Shown here in pieces: positions 29,733 through 39,261 of a DNA stretch of 64,000 bases. The stretch is taken from positions 4,160,001 to 4,224,000 of the forward strand of contig OZ245033.1 of NCBI GenBank assembly GCA_965224025.1, in the 5' to 3' direction. The position numbers and the translations under genes are program-made. The notes under the pieces were generated by a model. It saw only the letters and a program-made list of their open reading frames with translations, was not told the DNA's origin and ran no database searches. This stretch comes from Candidatus Multivorans sp. (GTDB lineage: Bacteria; Acidobacteriota; Thermoanaerobaculia; Multivoradales; Multivoraceae). Every line of letters starts with the position of its first letter. Position 1 is the stretch's first letter.

Positions 29733-29986
29733 CCACGCGCCCCCGGCGGTGTCACGTTCTTCTCCGGAGGCTTGTCGGGCGGTGAGCGCCGGTCCCGCCA
29801 CATGCCCGTCATCAGGGTGAGCAGGCCCAGCACCGCCTCGTCGACGAAGGGCAGGAGATCGGGAACGAAGAGATCGACGAGGAAGATGATCGCCAGCACG
29901 ACGAAGAGCTGCGGGAAGCGCAACCCGCCCAGGAAGGAGAGCAGGGACGCGCCGCCGCCGCGCTGTGCCGGAGGCTGATCGGGCAT
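29729..29986 (-). CDS. Small membrane protein (DUF6116-like)
   Basis: LRFPQLF...DLFVPDLLPFVDE motif. Confidence 0.7.
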   Translation of the reverse strand: MPDQPPAQRGGGASLLSFLGGLRFPQLFVVLAIIFLVDLFVPDLLPFVDEAVLGLLTLMTGMWRDRRSPPDKPPEKNVTPPGARG

Positions 29987-30068
29987 CAACACGCATTCTA
30001 TCGCCGGAGTGCAGCGGCCCGGGAACCGCAAGCTGGAAACACAGGACGCCGCGCTAGGCTGCGCGGCG

Positions 30069-30833
30069 GTGACCGAGAACGTCATCTACTTCGACACAGC
30101 GGCTGTCGTCTACCCCGCCCTCGCGCTCGCCGGCTTCGTTGCCGGGGTCCTGAACGTGGTCGCGGGCGGCGGTTCTTTTCTGACCCTGCCGATCCTCATC
30201 TTCTTCGGACTGCCGCCCGGGGTCGCCAACGGCACCAACCGGGTGGCGATCCTGCTCCAGAACGTGGTCGCTTCCTGGGGCTTCCACCGCCATGGCGTGC
30301 TCGACCCCAAGGCCGTCCTGTGGGCAGCCCTGCCGGCGACGGCGGGCGCCGGTTTCGGCGCCTGGGCCGCGCTCTCGATCAGCGACGACGCCTTCCGCAG
30401 GCTGCTGGCGGCGCTGATGGTCGTGGTGACTCTCTGGACCCTGATCTCCCGCCGCTCGGAACCGAAGGAGCAGCCGGCGTCGCTGCGGGTCGGCATGCTG
30501 GCGGTCGGCTTCTTCGGCGTCGGCGTCTACGGCGGGTTCGTGCAGGCGGGGGTCGGCTTCTTCATCCTCGCCGCGACCTCCCTGGCGGGCCTCGACCTGG
30601 TGCGGGGAAACGCGGTCAAGGTACTGAGCATCCTGTGCTTCAGCACCCTCTCGCTGGCCCTGTTCGCGCTCTCGGGAAAGGTCGACTGGACTCTCGGCCT
30701 GGCGCTGGCGGTGGGCAACATGGCGGGCGGCTGGCTCGGCGTGCGGCTGACCGTGCTCAAGGGTCACGTCTGGATCGGCCGGGTGGTCACGATCACCGTG
30801 ATCGCGTTCGCGATCCGGCTGTGGTTCGGCTGA
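30069..30833 (+). CDS. TauE/SafE (TSUP) family permease
   Basis: AGGGSFLTLP, ANGTN and GVYGGFVQAGVG motifs. Multiple TM helices. Confidence 0.88.
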   Translation: MTENVIYFDTAAVVYPALALAGFVAGVLNVVAGGGSFLTLPILIFFGLPPGVANGTNRVAILLQNVVASWGFHRHGVLDPKAVLWAALPATAGAGFGAWAALSISDDAFRRLLAALMVVVTLWTLISRRSEPKEQPASLRVGMLAVGFFGVGVYGGFVQAGVGFFILAATSLAGLDLVRGNAVKVLSILCFSTLSLALFALSGKVDWTLGLALAVGNMAGGWLGVRLTVLKGHVWIGRVVTITVIAFAIRLWFG

Positions 30834-30949
30834 GCGCCTTGCGGCCTAGCGCGGCTATGCTCCGCGCCGCAATCTCAAACAGGAGTCGAGTCGCGGCGTC
30901 CGCGCCGCGCTGACGCACAGGAAACAGGGCCTATGCAAGGAGATCAACC

Positions 30950-31720
30950 GTGGCTTACGACGCATTCGACCTGAGCGGCACCGTGGCGCTGGTGACCGGC
31001 GGCAACTCCGGCATCGGACTGGGCTTCGCCGAGGGCCTGGCGCAGGCGGGCGCCGATGTCTGCATCTGGGGAACCAACGAGACGAAGAACGCGACTGCAA
31101 AGGAGCAGTTGGAGCGCCATGGCACGAAGGTCGAGGCCCTGCGCTGCGACGTCGGCGACGCCGACGCGGTGGCCGCATCGTTCGAGCGCACCATCGAACT
31201 GCTGGGCAAGGTCGATTCCTGCTTTGCCAACGCCGGCATCGGCGGCCGCGGCACGCCCTTCGTGGACATGTCGATGGAAGAGTGGCGCCGGATCTTCCAG
31301 GTCAACATGGAGGGCGTCTTTCAGACCTTCCAGCAGGCGATCCGGCACATGGTGGAGCGCGGCGAAGGCGGCGTCCTGGTCGCCACGAGCAGCCTGTCCG
31401 CCATCTTCGGCGCACCCCGCAGCGAGCACTACGCGTCGACCAAGGCAGGGCTCAACGCGATGGTCCGCGGTCTTTCGGTCGAGCACGCCCGCCACGGCAT
31501 CCGGGTCAACTCGATCCTGCCCGGCTGGATCGACACCGCGATGACCGAGCGGGCGATCAACACCGAGGCCTTCCAGACCAAGGTCCTGCGCCGCGTCCCG
31601 CTGCGTCGCTGGGGCGTCGGCTCGGACTTCAGTGGCATCGCCGTCTACCTGGCCAGCAACGCATCCAGCTACCACACAGGGGACGAGTTCGTGATCGACG
31701 GCGGCTACGCCTGTTTCTAG
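30950..31720 (+). CDS. Short-chain dehydrogenase/reductase
   Basis: TGGNSGIG, NAG, YASTK and PGWIDT motifs. GGAG RBS. Confidence 0.93.
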   Translation: MAYDAFDLSGTVALVTGGNSGIGLGFAEGLAQAGADVCIWGTNETKNATAKEQLERHGTKVEALRCDVGDADAVAASFERTIELLGKVDSCFANAGIGGRGTPFVDMSMEEWRRIFQVNMEGVFQTFQQAIRHMVERGEGGVLVATSSLSAIFGAPRSEHYASTKAGLNAMVRGLSVEHARHGIRVNSILPGWIDTAMTERAINTEAFQTKVLRRVPLRRWGVGSDFSGIAVYLASNASSYHTGDEFVIDGGYACF

Positions 31721-31847
31721 GAGCTTGCGCGGATGGAACGGGCCGCCCACTGGGTGCGCGGGTCTTCTGACCCGTTGCCGCCGCAGGCGGCCAGAAGAGT
31801 GCCGGCCGCCAGGCCGGATCCGCTTCGGCGGCCAGTTCCAGCCGCGC
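31718..31847. repeat. Palindromic repeat module (homologous to 3160-3280)
   Basis: Shares actgggtgcgcgggtcttctgacccg...ggcggccagttcca with the 3.2-kb copy. Begins taggagcttgc at the SDR stop codon. Confidence 0.85.
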
Positions 31848-32287
31848 TAGCCCCCCATCGACCGGAAGACCGGCACGACGACTTCGGGCATCCGGCAGTG
31901 GTTGCCGGTTTCCCTGTCGACCCAGACGTGGTCGGTCCGGCCCTCGACCAGGACCCGTTCATCGGTCTCCACGCGGTAGCCGAAGCTCATGGCGCGGCTC
32001 TTCAGGCGCTCAAGCCAGCAGCGGATACGGACCGGGTCGCCGTACTGCGCGGCGCCCCGGTACTTGAGCTGGACCCCGGTGACCATCAGCCAGTAGCCCT
32101 CGTCCTCCATGTTCCGGTAGGCCATGCCCGCAACGCGGCAGTGGTGGGTCCGGGCCAGCTCGAACCACACCAAGTAGTTCGAGTGATGGACCACTCCCAT
32201 CTGGTCCGTCTCCTTGTAGCGGACCTCGATGTCGACCTCGCTCGCCGGTACCTCGCGGCCAGTCGAATTCACTTCAGTGCCGGTCAT
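31847..32287 (-). CDS. Acyl-CoA thioesterase (YbgC/FadM hot-dog fold)
   Basis: VRYKETDQMGVVHHSNYLVWFE motif. Confidence 0.9.
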   Translation of the reverse strand: MTGTEVNSTGREVPASEVDIEVRYKETDQMGVVHHSNYLVWFELARTHHCRVAGMAYRNMEDEGYWLMVTGVQLKYRGAAQYGDPVRIRCWLERLKSRAMSFGYRVETDERVLVEGRTDHVWVDRETGNHCRMPEVVVPVFRSMGG

Positions 32288-33045
32288 TCCGTACATATCG
32301 GGCCGCGACTGTAGCGGAGAACGGTGGTGACGATCTTCCAGCCGGCGCGCACCGTACCGGTGACCGTGCCGGTGATCTTGGAAACGCCGGTACGGCGGCG
32401 GTAGCTGACCGGGACCTCCACCACGCGCAACCGGCGCCGCAGGGCCTTGACCTGCATCTCGGCCGTCCAGCCGAAGTTCGGGTCCCGCATCCGCAGCGAC
32501 TCCAGCGCCTGCCACGAGATGGCGCGGAAGGGACCCAGGTCGGTGTAGCGGTGGCCGTAGAGCAGACGCACGAGCAGGCAGGCGAACCGGTTGCCCCACC
32601 GTGCCTGCGGCAGCAGGGCGCCGGGCTCGGCGGTTCCCAGTACCCGCGAACCGATGACGAGGTCCGCCTCGCCGCGCGCGACCGGCTCGACGAGACCCGG
32701 CATCTCCTCGGGATGGTCCGAGTAGTCGGCGTCCAAGAACACGACGATCTGCGGCGGCCCGGTCCGGCGCATGTGATCGAGCGCCGCCAGGCAGGCGCTG
32801 CCGTAGCCCTGGACCGGCGCCGGCACGACGTCGGCGCCCACCCCCCGTGCCCGAACCGCCGTCGCGTCCCGCGAGTTGTTGTCGGCGACGACGACCCGGC
32901 GCACGAGGCCCGGCGGGATGTCCGCGAGCACCAGACCGATCGAATCCTCCTCGTTGTACGCCGGGACGACGACGTCGATCACGGCGGCGCCGGTCTCGGG
33001 CGCCGGCGCCGCGGCCTTCCGGGCGACCGGCGCGTCGCCGGTCAC
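32284..33045 (-). CDS. Glycosyltransferase family 2 (DPM-synthase-like)
   Basis: VPAYNEE, DNNSRD, GYG, DAD and TDLGPFRAI motifs. Confidence 0.9.
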   Translation of the reverse strand: MTGDAPVARKAAAPAPETGAAVIDVVVPAYNEEDSIGLVLADIPPGLVRRVVVADNNSRDATAVRARGVGADVVPAPVQGYGSACLAALDHMRRTGPPQIVVFLDADYSDHPEEMPGLVEPVARGEADLVIGSRVLGTAEPGALLPQARWGNRFACLLVRLLYGHRYTDLGPFRAISWQALESLRMRDPNFGWTAEMQVKALRRRLRVVEVPVSYRRRTGVSKITGTVTGTVRAGWKIVTTVLRYSRGPICTE

Positions 33046-33908
33046 AGTGTGACGCCGAAGCGGTTCCGCAGCGCGAACGCCAGCGCGATCGAGAGGACGA
33101 GGAACGCGATCAGCCAGTGGACGTGGAACAGGCCGAAGAACGAGATCGAGGCGGTGCGGTACTGGACATCGATCCGCTCGACGGGTCCGCCCCGGGGCAG
33201 CGACGGCTCCGCCGGATAGAGCAACTGGTCGAGAATCGCCGCCCGTCGCCGCGTCGGCGAACGGCGGACCCAGCACGCGCCGCCGTCCGGGGCCTCAACG
33301 AAGAGGCTCTTGGTGAACTCCTCGCCGCCAGTGCGTATTACCAGCTCGTGACGTCCCGGTTCAAGGGCGCGCAGCCGCCAGACGACCTGGCGCAGGCTCG
33401 GCACCCACACCGCCGGCGTCTCCACCGCGATGCCAGGCGGCGTCCCGAGGTCGACCTCAGGCCGCGGCACCGCTTCGCCGCCGACCGCCGGTTCCGAACC
33501 CGGCGCTGCCAGATCGACGGTCAGCACTGTGCGCTCGCCGACCTTGAGACCCTCGTAGCCGTAGTGAAACTGGAGTTGGGCGATCACCAGCACGAACGGC
33601 ACAATCATCCACAACAGCGGTACCAGGTTGAGCCGCAGGTAGGTCAGGTTCTCGCGCAGCAGCCGCAGTTGGGCCGCCAGTACCGCGCGCAGGTCGTCGT
33701 TGAACAGCCGCACTTCAAGCAGATGCGCGAACAGGCGCCGTTTGACCGCGGCGAGCGCCGCCTGGTTCGAGGTCCAGCGGTAGACCAAGAGCGCGAAAAT
33801 GCCCGACACCAGCGCAACAAGCGTCACCGGCACGATCGGCGGCAAGGCCGCGAAGGGGCCGAGCAGCAGGTCGAAGACGGCCCGGAGAGCGGCGTTGACG
33901 AAGGACAT
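33042..33908 (-). CDS. Conserved membrane protein (DUF106/EMC3-TMCO1-like N-terminus plus extracytoplasmic insert)
   Basis: TM - coiled segment - TM - soluble domain - C-terminal TM. Stop overlaps the GT2 start. Family assignment is tentative. Confidence 0.6.
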   Translation of the reverse strand: MSFVNAALRAVFDLLLGPFAALPPIVPVTLVALVSGIFALLVYRWTSNQAALAAVKRRLFAHLLEVRLFNDDLRAVLAAQLRLLRENLTYLRLNLVPLLWMIVPFVLVIAQLQFHYGYEGLKVGERTVLTVDLAAPGSEPAVGGEAVPRPEVDLGTPPGIAVETPAVWVPSLRQVVWRLRALEPGRHELVIRTGGEEFTKSLFVEAPDGGACWVRRSPTRRRAAILDQLLYPAEPSLPRGGPVERIDVQYRTASISFFGLFHVHWLIAFLVLSIALAFALRNRFGVTL

Positions 33909-33938
33909 TGGAAGGCGAGGCGGGACCGGTGACGGCCG

Positions 33939-34133
33939 CTAGGAGATGTACCCGAGGCCGCGGAGCCGCTTCTCGATCTCCTCCCTCGACTCGGCGCCCT
34001 CCAGCTTCGCCAGCTCCTTCTCCAACGCGTGGGTGATGAACTCCTCGACCGACGAGTAGCCAGCGATGTCGCTGTAGCGCTTCACCCGCGCGATGAGCTC
34101 CTTGTCGAGCTTGACTTTGCCGCCGCCGAACAT
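33939..34133 (-). CDS. 64-aa protein, RHH-like N-terminus with C-terminal RLRGLGYI motif
   Basis: AGGAG RBS. MFGGGKVKLDKELIARVK...EEIEKRLRGLGYIS. Typical codon usage. Confidence 0.8.
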   Translation of the reverse strand: MFGGGKVKLDKELIARVKRYSDIAGYSSVEEFITHALEKELAKLEGAESREEIEKRLRGLGYIS

Positions 34134-34153
34134 GCTTTCCTCCTTGTTTCCGG

Positions 34154-36241
34154 CTAGAAGCCGCCGGATGCGGGCGAGACGCCCGGGTGCCACTCCGCGC
34201 GCCCGAGGACGGGCGCGCGGAGTGGTTCGCGGGTGGCGCGGGTCGCGCCACCCGGGTTCCCAGGCTCGGATGCCGGCGGAAACGACGCAACGCCGTACTC
34301 GGCCAGGATCGAGGCCGCGAGGTCGGTGATGCCGCCGGCCGGCCGGCCGAGCGGGCGGCTGACCAGCAGCACCCCCGGCACGACCCGGTGATCCATCATG
34401 TGGTCGCCGCTCCAGGCGCTGTCGTTGTCCGTGAACACCTCGCCGACGACATCGCCCGACGCCGACTCCGTTGCCCCCCGGAAGCCCTTCGCGTAACCGA
34501 CGATCAAGTCGGGACCGATCGGGCTCTGATCCTGGAACGCGTAGTCGTCGCGCAGGTGAACCTCCGTTATCGCGTGCTCGCCGGTTTCCGGATCGACCGC
34601 CGCCAGCAGTTCCGTTCTCAGTTCCTCGATCAGCTCGAGCCGTTCCGCCGCCGTCACGACGCCGTCCCGCTCGCGGCCACGGAGATTCACGTAGAGACCC
34701 GAGAAGCCGATGCCGTAGGCCCGGGTGCGTTCCCAGTCGACGTTCGCCAGGAAACCGGGGTCGGCGTACGGATCCGTGCTCTTGGCCGCCAGGTAGCCCT
34801 TCTCGAGCAGCCAGCCATTCAGGTGGAACGCGCGGCGCCACGAGGCGAAGCCGTGGTCCGACATGACGACGAGGAGCGGTTCCTCTTCGCCGTCGCCGCC
34901 CAGAGCGGCCTCTGCTTCGAGACGGTCGAGCGTCTGCCCGACAATGGCGTCGAGCCCCTCGTAGAGGGTAGGAATCAGGTCGGCGTATGCCGCGTCGAGT
35001 TCCGGATCGTAGACCGGGTGCTCCGGATCGCGCGAGCGCCAGCGGACGTGGCCGATCTGGTCGACGTTGCCGAAGTAGTAGAAGAGAAAGCCTCCCGGCT
35101 GCTCCAGGTACCGATCCAGCACGTAGCCGTACTGCTCCACTACGTCGTCGCCGGCGATCTTCGCCTGGGCCAGGAACTCGGCGGGAGTAAACACGTCCTC
35201 AGTCAGGGTTTTCGTGTCCTCGGGCATCCCCTCCGTGTAGAAGCGATCCACCGCCCTGGCGAGCTCCGCGGCAAAGTCGGGTGGTGTCGAGATGGGTGCC
35301 GAGGGGGCCATCGGATCGTGGTCGATCGGGCTAACGTAGAGTTCGAACTCCGGCTCGAGTGCCCGCAGGTACATGCGGCAGATGCCGCGAAGGTGCTGGG
35401 TCGGCATCATCTCGAAGTCGACCTCAAGCCAGTCACTCCACTCGCCCACCCGGAGCACGATCTGTTGGTCGCCGAGTTCGATCTTGACGCTCTGAGCCTC
35501 TGGATCGATGTAGACGGTGAAAGGCGCGGTCAACTGCTCTGGTTCCCGCAGCAGCGGGTTGTCGGGCCCGAGCAACTCGGCCTCAACCACGTTGTCGTAG
35601 ACGTCGAGTTCGACGATGTCACCGCCGCCGATATCGCGGTCGGCGAACAGTTCCGAGGTGTAGAACGTGAAAGTGCCCTCCGTGCCGAGGACATCCGTCG
35701 TGCCCATGCCCGAGAGTTCCCGGCTCGCCGTGCCCGAGACGGGGAAATTCACCGGCATGCGGAAGACCTGCGTCCGCACGCCGTTCTCCTCCAACACCTC
35801 CCAGAACGGCGTGCCGTGACGGAGCTGCGTGTACTCGCCGCTCGTGAGTGGAAACTGCCAGCGTCCCAGCTTCAGGAACCGGCCGCCCTCCGACGCCCCC
35901 GCGGTGGACGTGTACGGGAACATCGTCGCCGGGTCACGGTGCAGGAAGTCGAAAATGCCGTGTCCGCCGGGGTCCATGCCGGTGACGAAACTCGACCAGG
36001 CGACCGGGCTTTGCGGCGGAATCGTCGTCTCGAGCGGCGTGAAGCTTCCCATCGCCTCCAGGCGCGCAAAGTTCGGCAGCCGACCCTCGTCGATCAACTG
36101 GCGCGTCAGTGCGTAGTCGAGGCCGTCGAAGCCGAGGACGACAACCTTCGGCCCTTCGGACGGGCCGACACCGTCGCCGCCGCACGAGCCGAAGAGGGCG
36201 GACAGGGCGACCGCAGCCGCTGCCGGATACGACCGTTTCAC
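34154..36241 (-). CDS. Alkaline-phosphatase-superfamily (type I phosphodiesterase/NPP) lipoprotein
   Basis: Lipobox FGSC. GFDG, SPVAW, SDHG and GDH metal/nucleophile motifs. Confidence 0.88.
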   Translation of the reverse strand: MKRSYPAAAAVALSALFGSCGGDGVGPSEGPKVVVLGFDGLDYALTRQLIDEGRLPNFARLEAMGSFTPLETTIPPQSPVAWSSFVTGMDPGGHGIFDFLHRDPATMFPYTSTAGASEGGRFLKLGRWQFPLTSGEYTQLRHGTPFWEVLEENGVRTQVFRMPVNFPVSGTASRELSGMGTTDVLGTEGTFTFYTSELFADRDIGGGDIVELDVYDNVVEAELLGPDNPLLREPEQLTAPFTVYIDPEAQSVKIELGDQQIVLRVGEWSDWLEVDFEMMPTQHLRGICRMYLRALEPEFELYVSPIDHDPMAPSAPISTPPDFAAELARAVDRFYTEGMPEDTKTLTEDVFTPAEFLAQAKIAGDDVVEQYGYVLDRYLEQPGGFLFYYFGNVDQIGHVRWRSRDPEHPVYDPELDAAYADLIPTLYEGLDAIVGQTLDRLEAEAALGGDGEEEPLLVVMSDHGFASWRRAFHLNGWLLEKGYLAAKSTDPYADPGFLANVDWERTRAYGIGFSGLYVNLRGRERDGVVTAAERLELIEELRTELLAAVDPETGEHAITEVHLRDDYAFQDQSPIGPDLIVGYAKGFRGATESASGDVVGEVFTDNDSAWSGDHMMDHRVVPGVLLVSRPLGRPAGGITDLAASILAEYGVASFPPASEPGNPGGATRATREPLRAPVLGRAEWHPGVSPASGGF
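34164..34264 (-). repeat. Long REP-like repeat copy within the 3' end of the AlkP CDS
   Basis: Homologous to 11641-11740. Translated as ...PGNPGGATRATREPLRAPVLGRAEWHPGVSPASGGF*. Confidence 0.85.
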
Positions 36242-38388
36242 GCCGCGGCTCCCACCGCACCGCCGATGCCGGATGCAGCCGGATCGAAGACGGACTCACC
36301 CTCCATGTAGCCCGGCTTGTCGACGCCGAACAGGGCCAGAGCGGTAGGCGCCATGTCGAGAAGGGAGAGGTCGTCATCCCGGTCGACCGGCCGGCTGCTG
36401 AAGAAGACGCCCGGCACCAGCCGCGGGTCGACGCAGTGGTCGCCGCTCCAGGCCTTCGTGTTGTCGGCGAATATCGGGCCCGCGACCACGCCGACGGCAC
36501 AGTCCCAGGACACGCGGTAGCCGTCGTTGTAGCCGATGATGAGGTCGGGGGCATTGCCCTTGTAGGGACCGGTGTACAGGTCCTCGGCGTCGAAGGCGGC
36601 ATTGATGCCGACCGCGGCCCGCTCCTCGTCGCGCAGACCGCTCCAGGCCGAGATGAGTTCGCGCTTGAGCGCCCGCGTCTGGTCGCCCGGCTCGACGATG
36701 CCTGAGGCCTCGCGGCCCTTGAGGTTCAGGAACACGCCGGCGAGACCGAGCGCGTAGGCCCGCGTGCGCGACCAGTCCACACCCTCCAGCCACTCCTCGC
36801 TGCCGTCGGCGTCCTCGCGCAGCACCAGGTAGCCGTGGTCGAGCAGCCAGCGGTTCAGGTTCACGCCGCGCCGGAAGGAGGCGAAGCCGTGGTCCGAGAG
36901 CACGATCAGGAGATCGTCGTCGCCGAGTTTCTCCATCACCCGCCCGACCAGGGCGTCGTTGTGGCGATAATGGTCCTCGATCGCGCGGCGGTGCTTGCCG
37001 CCGTTCCCGTTCGCCGCCGCCGGATGGCCGTTCTCCATGTAGCGCCAGAACATGTGCTGGATGCGGTCCGTGGCGTCGAAGACGCACGTCAGGCTGCCCC
37101 GCCGCAGGCGCTCCAGGGCCGCAAAGAACATCTCCTCGCGCTCGCGGTCGATGTCGTACGACTGCTGGAGGAAGGTCGCGTCGTCGGTCACGCCCTCGTT
37201 GAGCGCGGTGGTGTCCTCCGCGAGACCGAGAGTGGCGAAGTCGCCCAAGCGCTTGGCGAGATAAGGCGCGTAGTAGGAGGGATGCGAGATCGGCATTGCC
37301 GGCTTCTCGGGATCGATGTGAATCGCGGTCAGGTACAGGGACGTGTGCTTGCCGGCCTCGGTCAGCATCATCCGGGTCAGGCCGTGGACCTTGACTCCGG
37401 GCGCGGCCCGGAACGGAATCCGCACCCAGTCGGAGAGTTCCGCCCGCTTGAGCTCGACCGTATCGCCCGCCACCGTCACCGTGGCTGACTCCGCCTCGCG
37501 GTCGACCCGCACCGTCATCGGCACGCGCAGCGGCGGCGGCGGGTCACCATCGAGGAAGCTGTTCTCGGGCCCCTCGACCACGCAGTCGAAGTGGTCGGGG
37601 CCGGCGCCGTTGGAAGCGAGCGGCACGCGCACGCCGCCCTCCCGGATCGTCTCCGCCGCCGGACGCGTCGTGTAGTAGAGGAACGTGCCCTGACTGCCGA
37701 CCAGGTCCGGCACGCACATCGCCGCCAACTGGGCGCCGTAGAACCGGTCCGGCGGGAAGGTGATCGGAACCCGGAGCACCGTGCTCCAGACGTTGCGTTC
37801 GCCGAGCACGGTCCAGAACGGCTTTGAGCGCCGAAGCATGCGGATCTCGGGCTTCTGCAACGGAATCTTCCACTTGCCGAGCTTCAGGAACCGCTCCACG
37901 CGGCCGATGTGGGCCGACGACAGCTTCGGCAGGTAGCTACGCAAGTCGCGGTCCAGGAAGTCGAAGATGTTGTGCTTGCCCGGATTGGCCCCGGTCGCGA
38001 ACGTCGACCAGGCGACCGGCGACAGCGCCGGGTAGGTGCTCGCGATCCGCCGGTAGCTCCCTTGCTTGCTGAGGCGCTTGAAGTGAGGCAGCTTGCCCTC
38101 CTTCATCATCCTCTCCGTCAGGCGGGGATCCTGGCCGTCGAGACCGACGAAGACCAGCCGCTTGACGTGCGCCTTGGGCGGCTTCTTCCGCCTGACGACC
38201 CGCCACAGCGTCCGCACCGGCCAGGCCAGCAGCGAAGCAAAGGCCAGCGCCACCGTCGCCAGCAGCACCAGGAACGACGACATCAGCGCGAACCCGGCCC
38301 CGGGGCCGATGTAAGCGGCCGCCGGCGCCGCGGCGAAGAGCGCCGCGAGAAGTGCCAAGGCGGCGGTCCTTGGGTGGGAGGGTGACAT
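36238..38388 (-). CDS. Alkaline-phosphatase-superfamily (type I phosphodiesterase/NPP) membrane-anchored protein
   Basis: Signal peptide, AYIGPGAG and a TM helix. GLDG, SPVAW, DRIQH, SDHG and GDH motifs. Confidence 0.88.
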   Translation of the reverse strand: MSPSHPRTAALALLAALFAAAPAAAYIGPGAGFALMSSFLVLLATVALAFASLLAWPVRTLWRVVRRKKPPKAHVKRLVFVGLDGQDPRLTERMMKEGKLPHFKRLSKQGSYRRIASTYPALSPVAWSTFATGANPGKHNIFDFLDRDLRSYLPKLSSAHIGRVERFLKLGKWKIPLQKPEIRMLRRSKPFWTVLGERNVWSTVLRVPITFPPDRFYGAQLAAMCVPDLVGSQGTFLYYTTRPAAETIREGGVRVPLASNGAGPDHFDCVVEGPENSFLDGDPPPPLRVPMTVRVDREAESATVTVAGDTVELKRAELSDWVRIPFRAAPGVKVHGLTRMMLTEAGKHTSLYLTAIHIDPEKPAMPISHPSYYAPYLAKRLGDFATLGLAEDTTALNEGVTDDATFLQQSYDIDREREEMFFAALERLRRGSLTCVFDATDRIQHMFWRYMENGHPAAANGNGGKHRRAIEDHYRHNDALVGRVMEKLGDDDLLIVLSDHGFASFRRGVNLNRWLLDHGYLVLREDADGSEEWLEGVDWSRTRAYALGLAGVFLNLKGREASGIVEPGDQTRALKRELISAWSGLRDEERAAVGINAAFDAEDLYTGPYKGNAPDLIIGYNDGYRVSWDCAVGVVAGPIFADNTKAWSGDHCVDPRLVPGVFFSSRPVDRDDDLSLLDMAPTALALFGVDKPGYMEGESVFDPAASGIGGAVGAAA

Positions 38389-38528
38389 GCTTTCCGGATT
38401 CCAGGCCGTCTTGTCGGACACGGGAGAGACACCTCCCGATCGGTCGGCCCAGCGTGGCTCGACGCGGACCGGGATTCTATCCGCGCCGGGGGAATCCATC
38501 GCCCGGCCGTCACGCATGACCATCTTGC

Positions 38529-38556
38529 CCATACTGCACAGTATGGCTAGTATGGG
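38529..38556. promoter_or_regulatory. Putative VapBC operator overlapping a -10-like element
   Basis: Perfect IR ccatactg-ca-cagtatgg (38529-38546) plus an extra agtatgg half-site just upstream of ATG 38562. Confidence 0.6.
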
Positions 38557-38561
38557 TCACC

Positions 38562-38894
38562 ATGAAGACGACCGTCGAGATCCACGACGTGCTCCTGGAA
38601 CGCGCCAGGCGCCGCGCGAAGGAAACGGGCCAGCCACTACGAGCCGTCATCGAGGACGGCCTCCGGGACCTGTTGGCCAAACCGCTGCCGAAGACGAAGT
38701 ACAGGATGAGGGATCTGAGCTACGGCGACCCCAACGATCCCGATCCGCTGGCGCAGTACTCCTGGGAAGAGATCCGCGACTTCATCTACGAAGACAGGTC
38801 GCTAAGGCAGGTAAGGCCGCTTGATCGCCATCGACACGAACATCCTCGTCTACGCTCACCGCAACGAGAGTCCGGTTCACGCCGAGGCTCTTGA
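38562..38894 (+). CDS. vapB: VapB-type antitoxin (RHH, DUF2191-like)
   Basis: [19 protein letters not shown]...[10 protein letters not shown]. Upstream of the PIN toxin. The 3' end overlaps vapC by 74 bp. Confidence 0.8.
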   Translation: MKTTVEIHDVLLERARRRAKETGQPLRAVIEDGLRDLLAKPLPKTKYRMRDLSYGDPNDPDPLAQYSWEEIRDFIYEDRSLRQVRPLDRHRHEHPRLRSPQRESGSRRGS

Positions 38895-39261
38895 CCTCCT
38901 CCGAGGCTATTGCGACGGCGACGAGCCGTGGGCCATCCCGTGGCATTGCTGCGTCGAGTTCCTGGGTATTGTCACGAACCGTCGTCTCTGGCGCCAGCGT
39001 GCGACGCCGATGGAAGACGCTTGGCGCCAGCTTGAGGAATGGGCTTCGTCGCCGTCGGTCCGGCTGCTGGCCGAAACGAAGGACTTCCTGCCCGTGTTCG
39101 GCCGGATCGCAGCCCAACCGAGGATCACGGGAGGCCGCGTCCACGACGCCCGCATCGCCGCGATCTGTTTCGCACACGGCGTGACGGAACTTCTGACCAG
39201 GGATCGCGACTTCGCCCACTTCCCCGAACTGCGCGTCCGCGATCCCCTCATCGCAGCGTGA
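38821..39261 (+). CDS. vapC: VapC PIN-domain ribonuclease toxin
   Basis: [19 protein letters not shown] and TRDRDF PIN motifs. Confidence 0.92.
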   Translation: MIAIDTNILVYAHRNESPVHAEALDLLRGYCDGDEPWAIPWHCCVEFLGIVTNRRLWRQRATPMEDAWRQLEEWASSPSVRLLAETKDFLPVFGRIAAQPRITGGRVHDARIAAICFAHGVTELLTRDRDFAHFPELRVRDPLIAA

